Counted from the first letter of the stretch, positions 19,969-29,560 are shown. The stretch is 64,000 nt of DNA from an uncultured delta proteobacterium (GCA_963782055.1 CAWAIF010000003.1:1504001-1568000), one strand, 5' to 3'. Notes: generated by a model from the letters alone, not told the origin. Numbers and translations are program-made.

Positions 19969-20693
19969 TGCGCGCGCTCGCCCTTCTCCCGCTCGTCGCG
20001 TTCGTCGCGTGCGCCGCACCGCGCGCCGAGCATCCAGTCGTCGCGCTCGAGATCCCGCCGGCGCCGACCGCCCCGACGCCGGCGTGCAGCGCGCCGGCCG
20101 CTCCGGCGGTGAAGATGTGCGACATCCCGGGCGGCTCCAACGACTTCATGCACAAGGGGCTCGTCCCTCTCGACTTTCAGACGTGTGACGACTACGTCCC
20201 CGAATTCCAGTACCGCATCAGCGACGCCTGTCGCGACGCGCTACCGAAGGTCGCCAAGATCGTCGGCGACCTGAACGGCGAGCGTGAGGACAGCGGCCTC
20301 TACACCCACGACGCCATGACCGAGCGCAACGCCCGGATGGTCGCGGTGTCGCTGCCGCTCCTGCCACCCCGGTGTCGCACGCACTTTCCGGACGGCGTCG
20401 CGGCCGACGACGTGGACCGCGCCATCTGGGAGGTGGACTCCCGCTGGCGGGATTGCCAGCCGGACCCGGAGGTCGCGGCCTCCTACACCTTCGACGAGGG
20501 GACGGTGGTCCACCACCCCACGGCCAACGTCCCGGTGGGCGCGTTCCTCCTCGCGATCGTGCTGGAGCCGCACCTCGGGCCGCTCGGCAAGCAGTACCTG
20601 CGCAAGTTCATGGTGTGCGAGATGATCGAGATGGAGGCGCGGCACGACCTGGAGAACCGCGCGAACATCGCGAAGGGCGTCCTCGTCCCCTGA
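19968..20693 (+). CDS. Cys-containing lipoprotein, translationally coupled to the upstream gene
   Basis: TGATG overlap; lipobox FVAC; Pro-rich linker. Confidence 0.75.
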   Translation: MRALALLPLVAFVACAAPRAEHPVVALEIPPAPTAPTPACSAPAAPAVKMCDIPGGSNDFMHKGLVPLDFQTCDDYVPEFQYRISDACRDALPKVAKIVGDLNGEREDSGLYTHDAMTERNARMVAVSLPLLPPRCRTHFPDGVAADDVDRAIWEVDSRWRDCQPDPEVAASYTFDEGTVVHHPTANVPVGAFLLAIVLEPHLGPLGKQYLRKFMVCEMIEMEARHDLENRANIAKGVLVP

Positions 20694-20700
20694 CCGGGCA

Positions 20701-22323
20701 TCACGGCCGTGCGCGCGCGGCGAAGTACTCGTCGAAGCGGGCGTCGGCGTCCTCGTCGCCGAAGAGGAGGCGGCACGCCTCGCGCAGACCGGGGGCGGCG
20801 CGAAGGTCCTCCCGGCGCATCACCAGGGCGATCTTCGACCGGCGCCTCAGGAAGTCCTCCAGCTTGACGATCATCTCGCGGCGCGCGGCGTGGGCGATCT
20901 CGCAGCGCAGATACTCGGCGCCCTCGATGAGCACCTCGCCGTTCGCCGGGTCGTCGCGGATCTCGTCGAGCAGGCCGAGCGCGGCGTCGCCGTAGCGCCG
21001 CCAGAGGCGGATGGTGAGCGGCTCCGACGACGTGGGCGAGGTCATGGCGTCCAGGTCCATGAGGCGCGCCTGGTGCAGGAACTCCTTGTGTGTCTCCTCC
21101 GGCGGCTCGCCGTACCACCGCGCGGCCGGGTGCCCGAGCGCCACGCCCAGCGCGGCGACGTGGCGGGCGACCTCGTCGCCCACGTTGAGGCAATCGGTGA
21201 GCTTGCCGCCGAAGATGCTGACGTGCTTCGCCGCCGCGTCCACCTCCACCACGTGCTTGCGCGAGAGGTGCATCCAGTCGGCGCCGCGGTCCGCGTGCCC
21301 GCGCACGGCCAGCGGCCGCACGCCGCAGCGCTCGGCGATGACGTCCGCCTCGGTCAGTGGCTCGTCCAGGCGCAGTCGCTTGTTGATGTTGTCCAGGATG
21401 AAGCGGCGGTCCTCGTCGGTGACGTGCGCGACGGGGTCCTCGACGGGCGTGTCGGTGGTGCCGATGCACGTGCGCGGCCCCATCGGCAGCACGAAGAAGG
21501 GGCGGCCGTCGTCGGCGAAGAAGGTGAGGACGCGCTTGTGGGGCGTCAGGCGGTCCACGATCAGGTGGACGCCCTTGGACAGGACGTGCCGGTGCTCCGT
21601 CTCCTCGCCGCTCATGGAGTTGAGCGTGTCGACGTACGGGCCGCACGCGTTGACCAGCACCCGCGCGCGAACGTCCAGCTCGCCGCCGAGCGCGACGTCG
21701 CGGCAGCGCGCGTGCCACACGCCGTCGTCGCCCTTCGTGGCGGCGGTCATCTCCACGTAGTTGGCGGCGACGCACCCGTGCTCCAGCGCCGAGCGGACGA
21801 AGTTCCACACGAACCGCGCGTCGTTGTCGTGCAGGTAGGCGTCGGAGTACTCGAAGCCGCCGTCCACGCGGCTCATGTCCACGATGGGCTCCTCGCGGGC
21901 GAGCTCGCGGGCGGAGAGGCGCCGCGGCCTCCGCGTGAAGCAGCTGCCGATCACCCAGTACAGCCAGGCCCCGAGCACCAGCTTCCAGAGGCCGTGACGG
22001 AAGCCGCGCGGGTGCGCGGCGAGGAAGCGGATCTCCTGGACGGTGGAGGGGTAGCTCTGGATCAGGTGGTTGCGCGACCGGCAGAGCTTGCGCACCAGGC
22101 CCAGCTCCAGGCTCTCCATGTACTTGATGCCGCCCCAGGCCAGGTTGGACGACTGCTGGCTCGTGAAGCCGGCGAAATCGCCGCGGTCGACGAGCGCCAC
22201 CCGCGCCCCGCGCGCCGCGAGGCACGCCGCGGAGACGGCGCCGTTGATGCCGCCGCCCACCACCAGGACGTCGTAGATCCCCTCTTCCAGCCGGTGCACG
22301 TTGGCGTTTCTGCGGGACGACAT
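20701..22323 (-). CDS. glpD: FAD-dependent glycerol-3-phosphate dehydrogenase/oxidase
   Basis: GGGINGA, DFAGFTS..SS.L.WGG.KY, GTTD, GVRPL, GGKLT. Confidence 0.9.
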   Translation of the reverse strand: MSSRRNANVHRLEEGIYDVLVVGGGINGAVSAACLAARGARVALVDRGDFAGFTSQQSSNLAWGGIKYMESLELGLVRKLCRSRNHLIQSYPSTVQEIRFLAAHPRGFRHGLWKLVLGAWLYWVIGSCFTRRPRRLSARELAREEPIVDMSRVDGGFEYSDAYLHDNDARFVWNFVRSALEHGCVAANYVEMTAATKGDDGVWHARCRDVALGGELDVRARVLVNACGPYVDTLNSMSGEETEHRHVLSKGVHLIVDRLTPHKRVLTFFADDGRPFFVLPMGPRTCIGTTDTPVEDPVAHVTDEDRRFILDNINKRLRLDEPLTEADVIAERCGVRPLAVRGHADRGADWMHLSRKHVVEVDAAAKHVSIFGGKLTDCLNVGDEVARHVAALGVALGHPAARWYGEPPEETHKEFLHQARLMDLDAMTSPTSSEPLTIRLWRRYGDAALGLLDEIRDDPANGEVLIEGAEYLRCEIAHAARREMIVKLEDFLRRRSKIALVMRREDLRAAPGLREACRLLFGDEDADARFDEYFAARARP

Positions 22324-22387
22324 GTCGGGCGGGCGAACCATAGCGAAGCCGGGGGCGCCGGTCTCGGTTTGCGGTACCGTGTCCGCC

Positions 22388-23359
22388 ATGCGAGCGGTCC
22401 GCGTCCACGAGCTCATCGGTCCGAAGGGTCTGCGCGTCGACGAGGTGCCCGAGCCCACGCCCGGCCCGGGCGAGCTGCTCCTGGACGTGAAGGCGGCCGG
22501 GGTGAACTTCCCGGACGTGCTGCTCTCCGAGGGCAAGTATCAGTTCAAGCCCGCGCTGCCCTTCTCCCCGGGCGGCGAGGCGGCCGGCGTGGTGCGCGCG
22601 GTCGGCGCGGGCGTGACCCGCTTCGCGCCAGGGGACCGCGTCGCGACGATGCTCGTCTACGGCGCCTTCGCCGAGCGCATCGTGGTGCCGGAGGCGGCGA
22701 GCGTGCTCCTGCCCGACGCCGTGTCCTTCGAGGTCGGCGGCGGCGCGATGGTCACCTACACCACCACGATGCACGCGCTGGTGGACCGGGCGAAGGTGCG
22801 CGCGGGCGAGACGCTGCTCGTGCTCGGCGCCGCGGGCGGCGTGGGCCTCGCGGCCGTGGAGCTCGGCAAGCTGCTCGGCGCGCGCGTCATCGCCGCCGCC
22901 TCCACCCAGGAGAAGGTTGCATTCTGCAAGGAACGCGGCGCCGACGACGGCATCGTCTACACGCCGCAGAACCTGAAGGAGCGCGTGAAGGCGCTGGCGA
23001 GCGGCGGCGTGGACGTGGTCTACGACCCGGTGGGCGGCCCCTTCGCCGAGCCGGCGCTGCGTGCCACCGGGTGGGAGGGGCGCTACCTCGTCGTCGGCTT
23101 CGCCAGCGGGGAGATCCCGCGTATCCCGCTGAACCTGACGCTCCTCAAGGGCTGCCAGATCATGGGCGTCTTCTGGGGCGCCTTCGCGATGCGCGAGCCG
23201 GAGCGCAACCGCGACAACGCCGCGCGCGTGCTGGACTGGATCGCCGAGGGCAAGCTGCGGCCGCACGTCGACGCGGTCATCCCCTTCGCCCGCGCGGCGG
23301 AGGCGCTGGAGCGCCTGGCGAAGCGGGAAGTGAAGGGGAAGGTCGTGCTCGTCCCGTGA
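22388..23359 (+). CDS. NADPH:quinone oxidoreductase (zeta-crystallin/MDR family)
   Basis: GVNFPD, YQ.KP.LPF.PG.E, GAAGGVGLAAV, GFASG.IP, GKVVL. Confidence 0.93.
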   Translation: MRAVRVHELIGPKGLRVDEVPEPTPGPGELLLDVKAAGVNFPDVLLSEGKYQFKPALPFSPGGEAAGVVRAVGAGVTRFAPGDRVATMLVYGAFAERIVVPEAASVLLPDAVSFEVGGGAMVTYTTTMHALVDRAKVRAGETLLVLGAAGGVGLAAVELGKLLGARVIAAASTQEKVAFCKERGADDGIVYTPQNLKERVKALASGGVDVVYDPVGGPFAEPALRATGWEGRYLVVGFASGEIPRIPLNLTLLKGCQIMGVFWGAFAMREPERNRDNAARVLDWIAEGKLRPHVDAVIPFARAAEALERLAKREVKGKVVLVP

Positions 23360-23393
23360 AGGAAGCCTTCAGGCCACCGAGTTCACTTGGGCG

Positions 23394-23421
23394 GGGAGGG
23401 GCGGCGCGTGCCGCCCCTCCC
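23394..23421. terminator. Perfect 12-bp hairpin between convergent genes
   Basis: gggaggggcggc-gcgt-gccgcccctccc. Confidence 0.65.
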
Positions 23422-23428
23422 AGATCGA

Positions 23429-24170
23429 TCAGTGCACCATGGGGACGAAGATGACGCCGCCGAGATCCTCGGTGGTGACCTTGCCCGCGTGCTTCGCGTA
23501 GCGGAGCAGGCGCTGGTCCTGGTGCTGCTCGCCGACGGGGACGACGAGCAGCCCGCCCTCGGCGAGCTGGTCGAGCAGCGCCTGCGGCACCGCCTGCGGG
23601 GCGGCGGTCACGATGATGCGGTCGAAGGGGGCCTCCTCCGGCCAGCCCGCGTAGCCGTCCCCGGTGCGCACGTGCACGTTGGCGTAGCCGAGCCGGGCGA
23701 GCCGGGCGCGCGCCTGCTCCGCGAGGGGCGCCAGGATCTCGATGGTGTAGACCTCCCGGGCGAGGTGGGAGAGCACCGCGGCCTGGTAGCCGGAGCCGGT
23801 GCCGATCTCGAGCACCCGCTCCTTCCCCGTGAGCTCGAGCGCCTCGCTCATGATGCCGACGATGCTTGGCTGCGGAGATCGTCTGGTCCCAGCCGATGGG
23901 GCGCGCGTCGTCGACGTAGGCCTCCTCCAGGGAGTAGCCGGGCATGAACTGGTGGCGAGGCACTGCGCGCATGGCCGCCTGCACGCGTGGGTCGTGGACC
24001 TCCCGCGCGACCTTGGCGACCAGGGCGTCGCGCAGCTCGCGCGCCCGGGCATCGTCCTCCGTGGCGACCGAGGCCGCGGGCGCCGACGCGTCGCCGCTCG
24101 CGGGGAGCGTGCGCCGGCACCCGAGGCTCCCCAGAAGGGCGGTGGCGAGGAGGAGCACGCGGCGGTTCAT
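23429..24170 (-). pseudogene. pcm: Protein-L-isoaspartate O-methyltransferase with lipoprotein signal, split by a +1 frameshift near 23874
   Basis: VPRH.F...AY.D...PIG.DQTIS in one frame; QPSIV..M...LEIGTGSGY..FDRIIVTAA..FVPM in the next; one extra base in ATC TCC G CAG CCA. Confidence 0.85.
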
Positions 24171-24324
24171 TACGGCTGCGTTAACCACGAACGCCCGGCC
24201 GCGCACACATCGCGCCGCGGCCCTCGTTGCGTGGGCCCGCAAGCATTGCACGCCGTCGGCGCCTCGCCGAGGCAGCCATGCCCGTGGGCGGGCTGGCGCC
24301 AGGTATGCAAGGAGTTCTCCCATC

Positions 24325-24735
24325 ATGACGACGTCTCATCGAATCCTGCTGCTCGCTTCGTCGATCGTCGCGGCCCTCGCCCTGGGCGGCTGCACCCTCC
24401 GGGCTGGACCCCCGGTCGTCACCGGCGGCGTGACCGTGGAGAGCGCCCCCATCGACGTCGACGTCTATCCTCACGTCTACTACGACGGTCAGTGGGTCTA
24501 CCTGGTGGGCGACCGCTGGTACCACCGCGGTGCTCATGGCTGGATCGTCGTCGGACGGGAGCCGGCCGCGCTCTACCACCACCGGTTGTACTACCGGCAG
24601 CACCGGCGCTTCGAGGGGCCGGCGGTCCGGCACGAGCGGCGTGACGACCGGCACCAGCGGCCCGACATCCGGCACGAGCGGCGTGACGACCGCCACGAGC
24701 GGCGTGACGACCGGCACCACGGTCACGGCCACTGA
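24325..24735 (+). CDS. Small lipoprotein with aromatic domain and RHERRDD repeat tail
   Basis: AAGGAG RBS, lipobox LGGC. Confidence 0.8.
   Translation: MTTSHRILLLASSIVAALALGGCTLRAGPPVVTGGVTVESAPIDVDVYPHVYYDGQWVYLVGDRWYHRGAHGWIVVGREPAALYHHRLYYRQHRRFEGPAVRHERRDDRHQRPDIRHERRDDRHERRDDRHHGHGH
24628..24717 (+). repeat. 21-bp coding tandem repeat (about 4.3 copies)
   Basis: cggcacgagcggcgtgacgac units. Confidence 0.9.
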
Positions 24736-24737
24736 TC

Positions 24738-26117
24738 GTGAGCCTGCCGTCCCCCCTCGTCGGCTGGCTTCCCGCGGCGGGCGTCGTCCTGCTGGGCGCC
24801 GCGGCGGGGCTCTTCGCCCGGCGCCTGCTCTACGGCCGGCTGGAGCGGTGGGCGGCGCGCACGCGCACCCACGTGGACGACGTCATCGTCAAGGCGACGC
24901 GCTGGCACCTGCCCTTCCTCGCCGTGCTGGGCGGCGTCTACCTGGGCATGCGCCTCTCGCCGCTCTCGGAGCGGACCGACGCCATCCTGGACAAGATCGT
25001 CGGCGTGCTGGCGACCATCTCGGTCACCTGGATGGCCGCCGACGCCGTCTCCGGCCTCCTGAAGCTGCACAAGCCGCGCACTGACTGGTCCATCGACGTC
25101 GCCCGCATGACGCAGCAGATCGTGCTCATCGTCATCTCGGGCACGGGGCTCCTGTACCTGCTCTCGGCCATCGGGATCCCGCCGACGCCGCTGCTGCTCG
25201 TGGTGGGCATCGCCGCGGGCACGGGCGCGCTCGCGATGCGCAACATCCTGCCGGACCTGGTCGCCGGCATCAGCATCGCCCTCGGCCACGAGATCCGCCG
25301 CGGCGACCGCATCCGGCTGGGCTCGCAGGAGGGGGTGGTCACCGAGATCGGGTGGCGCAGCACCACGCTGCGCTCCGAGCGCGGCGAGCGCACGATCATC
25401 CCCAACTCGCAGCTCGCCGCCGCCGTGGTCAGCACGGCACCCGGCGCCGCGCGCCTCGACGCGGAGCGGCGCGTCGAGGCGCCCTTCCGCTTCGTCACCC
25501 GTCTGGCGCTGACCGAGCTGACCGGCCTGCGGGCCACGACGCTCCCGGAGCTCATCGTCGCGCTGGAGCGCGTGCCGCTCTCGGTCGTGCACCACCACAG
25601 CCTCCAGTTCGTGGCGGAGCACGAGCACCTGAGCCCGACGCCCACCAGCGACTTCGCGCGCTGGGTGTCGGAGTCGCTCGGCTACGTGGACCTGGGCGAG
25701 GTGATGGCGAGCATCGACCCCTGCGCATGCACCTCGCTGGAGGAGTACCGCCAGAAGCTGCTCGACCTCTGCCGGGAGTACGCCGCCTCGCGTGACGACG
25801 GCCGCCGCTCGCAGCGCGGGCAGGAGCTCTTCTTCGAGAAGTCGCGCCTCTTCCTCTTCCACACGGGCGAAGAGGCGCACTCGCTGGGGGAGCTGGCCCA
25901 GGTGCTGCGCACCGTGTCGGCCACCTCGCTCTACTACCACCTGTTCGAGTCGCGCGTTCTGCCGGACCGCACGACCAACGACTTCTCCCTCTGGATCGAG
26001 CAGAGCGTCGGCGACGCGGAGCTCGCCGGGCGCATCGCGGGGCTCGACCCCTACACCCGCACGGCGGAGGGGGTTCGCAACGCGCTCCTGGCCCTCGTCG
26101 AGGAGCGCATCGGATGA
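24738..26117 (+). CDS. MscS mechanosensitive channel fused to tandem DUF5752/OrfY-like domains
   Basis: TM region, NILPDLVAGI, GDRI..G..EG.V.EIGWRSTTL...IIPNS; then two repeats of TG..A..L.EL...L..V....H...(S/N)DF..W....G..L...(S/G)(I/L)DP. Confidence 0.85.
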   Translation: MSLPSPLVGWLPAAGVVLLGAAAGLFARRLLYGRLERWAARTRTHVDDVIVKATRWHLPFLAVLGGVYLGMRLSPLSERTDAILDKIVGVLATISVTWMAADAVSGLLKLHKPRTDWSIDVARMTQQIVLIVISGTGLLYLLSAIGIPPTPLLLVVGIAAGTGALAMRNILPDLVAGISIALGHEIRRGDRIRLGSQEGVVTEIGWRSTTLRSERGERTIIPNSQLAAAVVSTAPGAARLDAERRVEAPFRFVTRLALTELTGLRATTLPELIVALERVPLSVVHHHSLQFVAEHEHLSPTPTSDFARWVSESLGYVDLGEVMASIDPCACTSLEEYRQKLLDLCREYAASRDDGRRSQRGQELFFEKSRLFLFHTGEEAHSLGELAQVLRTVSATSLYYHLFESRVLPDRTTNDFSLWIEQSVGDAELAGRIAGLDPYTRTAEGVRNALLALVEERIG

Positions 26118-27340
26118 CCGACCTGCTGAGCAACTACGCCGAGATCGCCGGCCCCGCCGTCGTCCACGAGCTGCGCGTGCTCGCCGGGCACCTGCGCGGG
26201 CGGAGCGTCCAGCACGTCAACTCGACGCGCGTCGGCGGCGGCGTCGCCGAGATCCTCGCACGCATGGTCCCGCTGCTGGAGGAGCTCGGGGTGAAGGCGC
26301 GCTGGGACGTGATCGGGGGCAACCCGGCCTTCTTCGACGTGACCAAGAAGCTGCACAACGCCCTGCACGGCCGGGGGGAGGACATCACCCCGGCCGACCG
26401 CGAGGTGTTCTGGGAGACGGCGCACGCGGCGACCCGGGCGTTCCGGCCGGCGGCGGACACCGTCTTCGTCCACGACCCGCAGCCGAGCGCGCTCGTGCAG
26501 CACGAGAACGCCAGAGACCACACGTGGATCTGGAGGTGCCACATCGACGTGTCGCACCCGCTGCCTGGCGCCTGGTCGTTGCTGGAGGAGGTGGTGCCCC
26601 GCTACCAGGCCGCCGTCTTCTCCTCGCCGCAGTTCGCGCGGGAGCTCCCCATCGCGCAGTTCAAGATCGCGCCCTCCATCGATCCGCTCAGCCTGAAGAA
26701 CCGCGAGCTCCCGGAGGAGACCATCGAGAAGGTGCTCGCCAAGTACGGCATCGAGCGCGACCGGCCCATCGTCACGCAGATCTCCCGCTTCGACCGGCTG
26801 AAGGACCCGGTCGGGGTGATGCAAGCGTTCCGGATGGTGCGCAAGACGACGCGCTGCCAGCTCGTCCTCGCCGGCGGCGGTGCCTCCGACGACCCGGAGG
26901 GCGCGGAGGTGCTGGCGGAGGTGCAGGAGCGGGCGGGAGACGATCCGGACGTGCACGTGCTCTTGCTGCCGCCGGGGAGCGACGTGGAGGTCAACGCGCT
27001 CCAGCGCGCCTCCGACGTGGTCGTGCAGAAGTCGCTCGCGGAGGGCTTCGGTCTCACGGTCAGCGAGGCGCTGTGGAAGGCGCGACCGACGGTCGCCTCC
27101 GGCGTGGGCGGCATCCCGATGCAGGTGGAGCACCGCAAGACGGGGCTGCTGGTGCACACGGTGGAGGGCACCGCGCTCGCCATCCGCGAGCTGCTCAACA
27201 ACGTGTCCTTCGCCACGTGGCTGGGCAACAACGCGCGCGAGCACGTGCGCCACAACTTCCTGCTCACGCGGCACCTGAAGGACTGGCTGCTCCTGTTTCT
27301 GGCCGCCGGCCACGAGGAGGAGATCGTCGAGCTGACCTGA
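26114..27340 (+). CDS. treT: Trehalose glycosyltransferring synthase (GT4)
   Basis: HVNST..GGGVAEIL, HDPQP, WRCHID, SRFD.LKDP, EGFGLTVSEALWK; ATGA overlap. Confidence 0.9.
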   Translation: MTDLLSNYAEIAGPAVVHELRVLAGHLRGRSVQHVNSTRVGGGVAEILARMVPLLEELGVKARWDVIGGNPAFFDVTKKLHNALHGRGEDITPADREVFWETAHAATRAFRPAADTVFVHDPQPSALVQHENARDHTWIWRCHIDVSHPLPGAWSLLEEVVPRYQAAVFSSPQFARELPIAQFKIAPSIDPLSLKNRELPEETIEKVLAKYGIERDRPIVTQISRFDRLKDPVGVMQAFRMVRKTTRCQLVLAGGGASDDPEGAEVLAEVQERAGDDPDVHVLLLPPGSDVEVNALQRASDVVVQKSLAEGFGLTVSEALWKARPTVASGVGGIPMQVEHRKTGLLVHTVEGTALAIRELLNNVSFATWLGNNAREHVRHNFLLTRHLKDWLLLFLAAGHEEEIVELT

Positions 27341-27350
27341 GCGCGCGCGG

Positions 27351-27770
27351 TCATCGGTACTTGTGGTGGCACTCCTTGCACGTCGCCTTGATGGCGGTCA
27401 GCGTGCCGGAGGCCGTCCCCGCGTCCTTCTTCTCGGCCGCGGCGGAGAGGGCCGCGGCCTGCTGGTTGAGCTGGTCGGCCAGCTTGTCGAAGCCGGGCCC
27501 CGTCGTGAACTGGTGCGCCTTCCTGCTCGTCACCTGCAGACGGTTGCCCATGTCGGCGAAGGCGGCCCAGTCCTCGGCGGTGTAGCTGGCCTGGCCTGCC
27601 TTCTTGAACTGCGGGTCGGAGATGGTGGCCTGGACGTCCATCACGTCGGAGAGCTTGGTGAGCGTCTCGATCTGCGCCGGCGGCAGGTCGCGGTGAGGCA
27701 CGCACCCGGCGGCGAGGAAGGGGAGGGCGGCGAAGGCGAGCGAGGCGAAGAGGTCACGCGGGGTGAGCAT
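27351..27770 (-). CDS. Cytochrome c' / class II cytochrome c lipoprotein
   Basis: Lipobox AAGC; helical body; C-terminal CKECH. Confidence 0.88.
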   Translation of the reverse strand: MLTPRDLFASLAFAALPFLAAGCVPHRDLPPAQIETLTKLSDVMDVQATISDPQFKKAGQASYTAEDWAAFADMGNRLQVTSRKAHQFTTGPGFDKLADQLNQQAAALSAAAEKKDAGTASGTLTAIKATCKECHHKYR

Positions 27771-27895
27771 CGCCCGAGGGTAGAAGACCCTCCCGGTGGA
27801 CGGAAGCCCCCGCGAGATCTGCGGCGCGCCCTGTTGGGACTTGGCGGCGCGCGCGGCCGTTGTACGCTCCGCCTTCTCTCTCCAAGGAGGAGACC

Positions 27896-28342
27896 ATGGC
27901 CAACCCCTTCGTTCACATCGAGCTGAACACCGACGACATGTCCGCGGCGAAGAAGTTCTACAGGACCGTGTTCGCCTGGAAGCTCAACGACATACCCTCC
28001 ATGCACTACACCACGATCGACGTGGGCAAGGGCACCGGCGGCGGCATGATGCAGAAGGCCGTGCCGGGCTCGCCGACACTCTGGCTCCCGTACGTGGAGG
28101 TCGACAGCGTGAAGGCCACCATCGCGAAGGCGCGCAAGGCGGGCGCCGACGTGCACGTCGAGTACATGCCCATCCCGGGGATGGGCGCGTTCGGCGTGTT
28201 CGTGGACCCGACAGGCGCCCCGCTCGGCGTGTGGGAGATGGCGAAGGCCGCCCCGAAGCGCACGGCGAAGAAGGCCGCGAAGAAGGCCGCGAAGAAGCCC
28301 GCGAAGAAGGCGGCGAAGAAGGCCGCGAGGAAGAGACAGTAG
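27896..28342 (+). CDS. VOC/glyoxalase protein with histone-H1-like Lys/Ala tail
   Basis: AAGGAGG RBS; NPFVHIEL.T.D...AKKFY..VF.W; DPTGA..GVW; tail (K/P)AAKK repeats. Confidence 0.9.
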   Translation: MANPFVHIELNTDDMSAAKKFYRTVFAWKLNDIPSMHYTTIDVGKGTGGGMMQKAVPGSPTLWLPYVEVDSVKATIAKARKAGADVHVEYMPIPGMGAFGVFVDPTGAPLGVWEMAKAAPKRTAKKAAKKAAKKPAKKAAKKAARKRQ

Positions 28343-28378
28343 GCGTCGGCGCGCGCCGAGCGTGCGATGCTGAGCGGC

Positions 28379-28918
28379 ATGGGCACCTACGCCGCGTTCC
28401 TCCGGGCGGTCAACCTCGCCGGCACGGGGAGGGTCGCGATGGCCGACCTGCGGGCTCTCTTCGCGACGCTCGGCTTCCCCGGCGCGCGCACCCTCCTGCA
28501 GAGCGGCAACGTCGTCTTCGACAGCGAGGGCCGGAAGGAGGCCGCCGCGCTGGAGCGGCTGCTCGAGGAGGCCACCGCGAAGCACCTGCGTGTCGAGACG
28601 GATTACCTGGTGCGGAGCGCCGGCGCGCTGCGGCGGGTGCTCGCCGACAACCCGTTCCCCGACGAGGCGAAGCGCGACCCGAGCCACCTCGTGGTCATGT
28701 TCCTGAAGGCGGCGCCCGCGGACGCCTCTGTCCGGGCGCTGCAGGCGGCGATCCGCGGGCGGGAGGTGGTGCGCGTCTCCGGCCCTCACGCGTACCTCTA
28801 CTACCCCGACGGCATCGGCCGCTCCAAGCTCACCCCCGCGCTGCTCGGGAGCAAGCTCGGCTGCGGCACCGGACGCAACTGGAACACCGTCACCAAGGTG
28901 GCGGCGCTGATGGGATAG
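28379..28918 (+). CDS. DUF1697 family protein
   Basis: YAAFLRAVNL.G...V.MADL, TLLQSGNVVF, T.RNWNTV.K. Confidence 0.9.
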   Translation: MGTYAAFLRAVNLAGTGRVAMADLRALFATLGFPGARTLLQSGNVVFDSEGRKEAAALERLLEEATAKHLRVETDYLVRSAGALRRVLADNPFPDEAKRDPSHLVVMFLKAAPADASVRALQAAIRGREVVRVSGPHAYLYYPDGIGRSKLTPALLGSKLGCGTGRNWNTVTKVAALMG

Positions 28919-28921
28919 GGC

Positions 28922-29560
28922 TCAGTCCTCGTCGTCGTCGACGGTCTGCATCGGGCCCTCGGCGGGCTCGACCGACGTGCCATGCGCGCCGGCCGACGCC
29001 GCCGAGTAGGCACCGACGCCCGCGCGCGGATGCGCGAGGTTGGGCGCGCCCAGTTCCCCGCCGCTGACGCCCAGCTCGGCGTCCAGCTCCGCGTCGTGCC
29101 GCCGCTCCCTGGCGTGTTCGCGCTCGGAGACCTTCTCCGCCGTCGCTCCGGCGAGGGCGCCGAGGGCGATGCCGGCCAGCAAGCCCGGCGGGCCGCCCAC
29201 CGCGCCGAGCGCGCCGCCCGCGAGGGCGCCTGCCATGGCGCCGGCCACCTCGCGCGCGATGGCACGGCGCTTCGCCTTCGCCTTCGGGGTGGGTTTCGCC
29301 TTCGCCTTCGGGGTGGGCTTCGCTTTCGCCTTCGGGGTGGGTTTCGCCTTCGCCTTCGGCGTGGGCTTCGCTTTCGCCTTCGGCTTGGCCTTGGGCGCGG
29401 CCTTCGCCTCGAGCTTCGTCTTGGGCCTGGCGGTGACCTTCGCCTTGGGTCTGGCCTTGGGCTTCGCCTTCGTCCTGGGGCTGGGCTTCGCCTTCGCCCC
29501 CGCGCGGGGCTTCGCCTTCGCGGGGGTCTCCTTGGCCTTGCTCGTCTTCCTGCTCGCCAT
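28922..29560 (-). CDS. Histone-H1-like Lys/Ala/Pro repeat protein with glycine-zipper C-terminus
   Basis: KAKAKPTP repeats then AGAMAGALAGGALGAVGGPPG; GGAAGGGAG upstream of ATG. Confidence 0.75.
   Translation of the reverse strand: MASRKTSKAKETPAKAKPRAGAKAKPSPRTKAKPKARPKAKVTARPKTKLEAKAAPKAKPKAKAKPTPKAKAKPTPKAKAKPTPKAKAKPTPKAKAKRRAIAREVAGAMAGALAGGALGAVGGPPGLLAGIALGALAGATAEKVSEREHARERRHDAELDAELGVSGGELGAPNLAHPRAGVGAYSAASAGAHGTSVEPAEGPMQTVDDDED
29270..29383 (-). repeat. 24-bp coding tandem repeat (about 4.7 copies)
   Basis: (c/t)ttcgc(c/t)ttcgccttcggggtggg units. Confidence 0.9.

Noticed and set aside
24628..24717. Direct repeats as a possible CRISPR array (also 29270-29383)
   Set aside because: Head-to-tail, in-frame coding repeats with no spacers and no cas genes.
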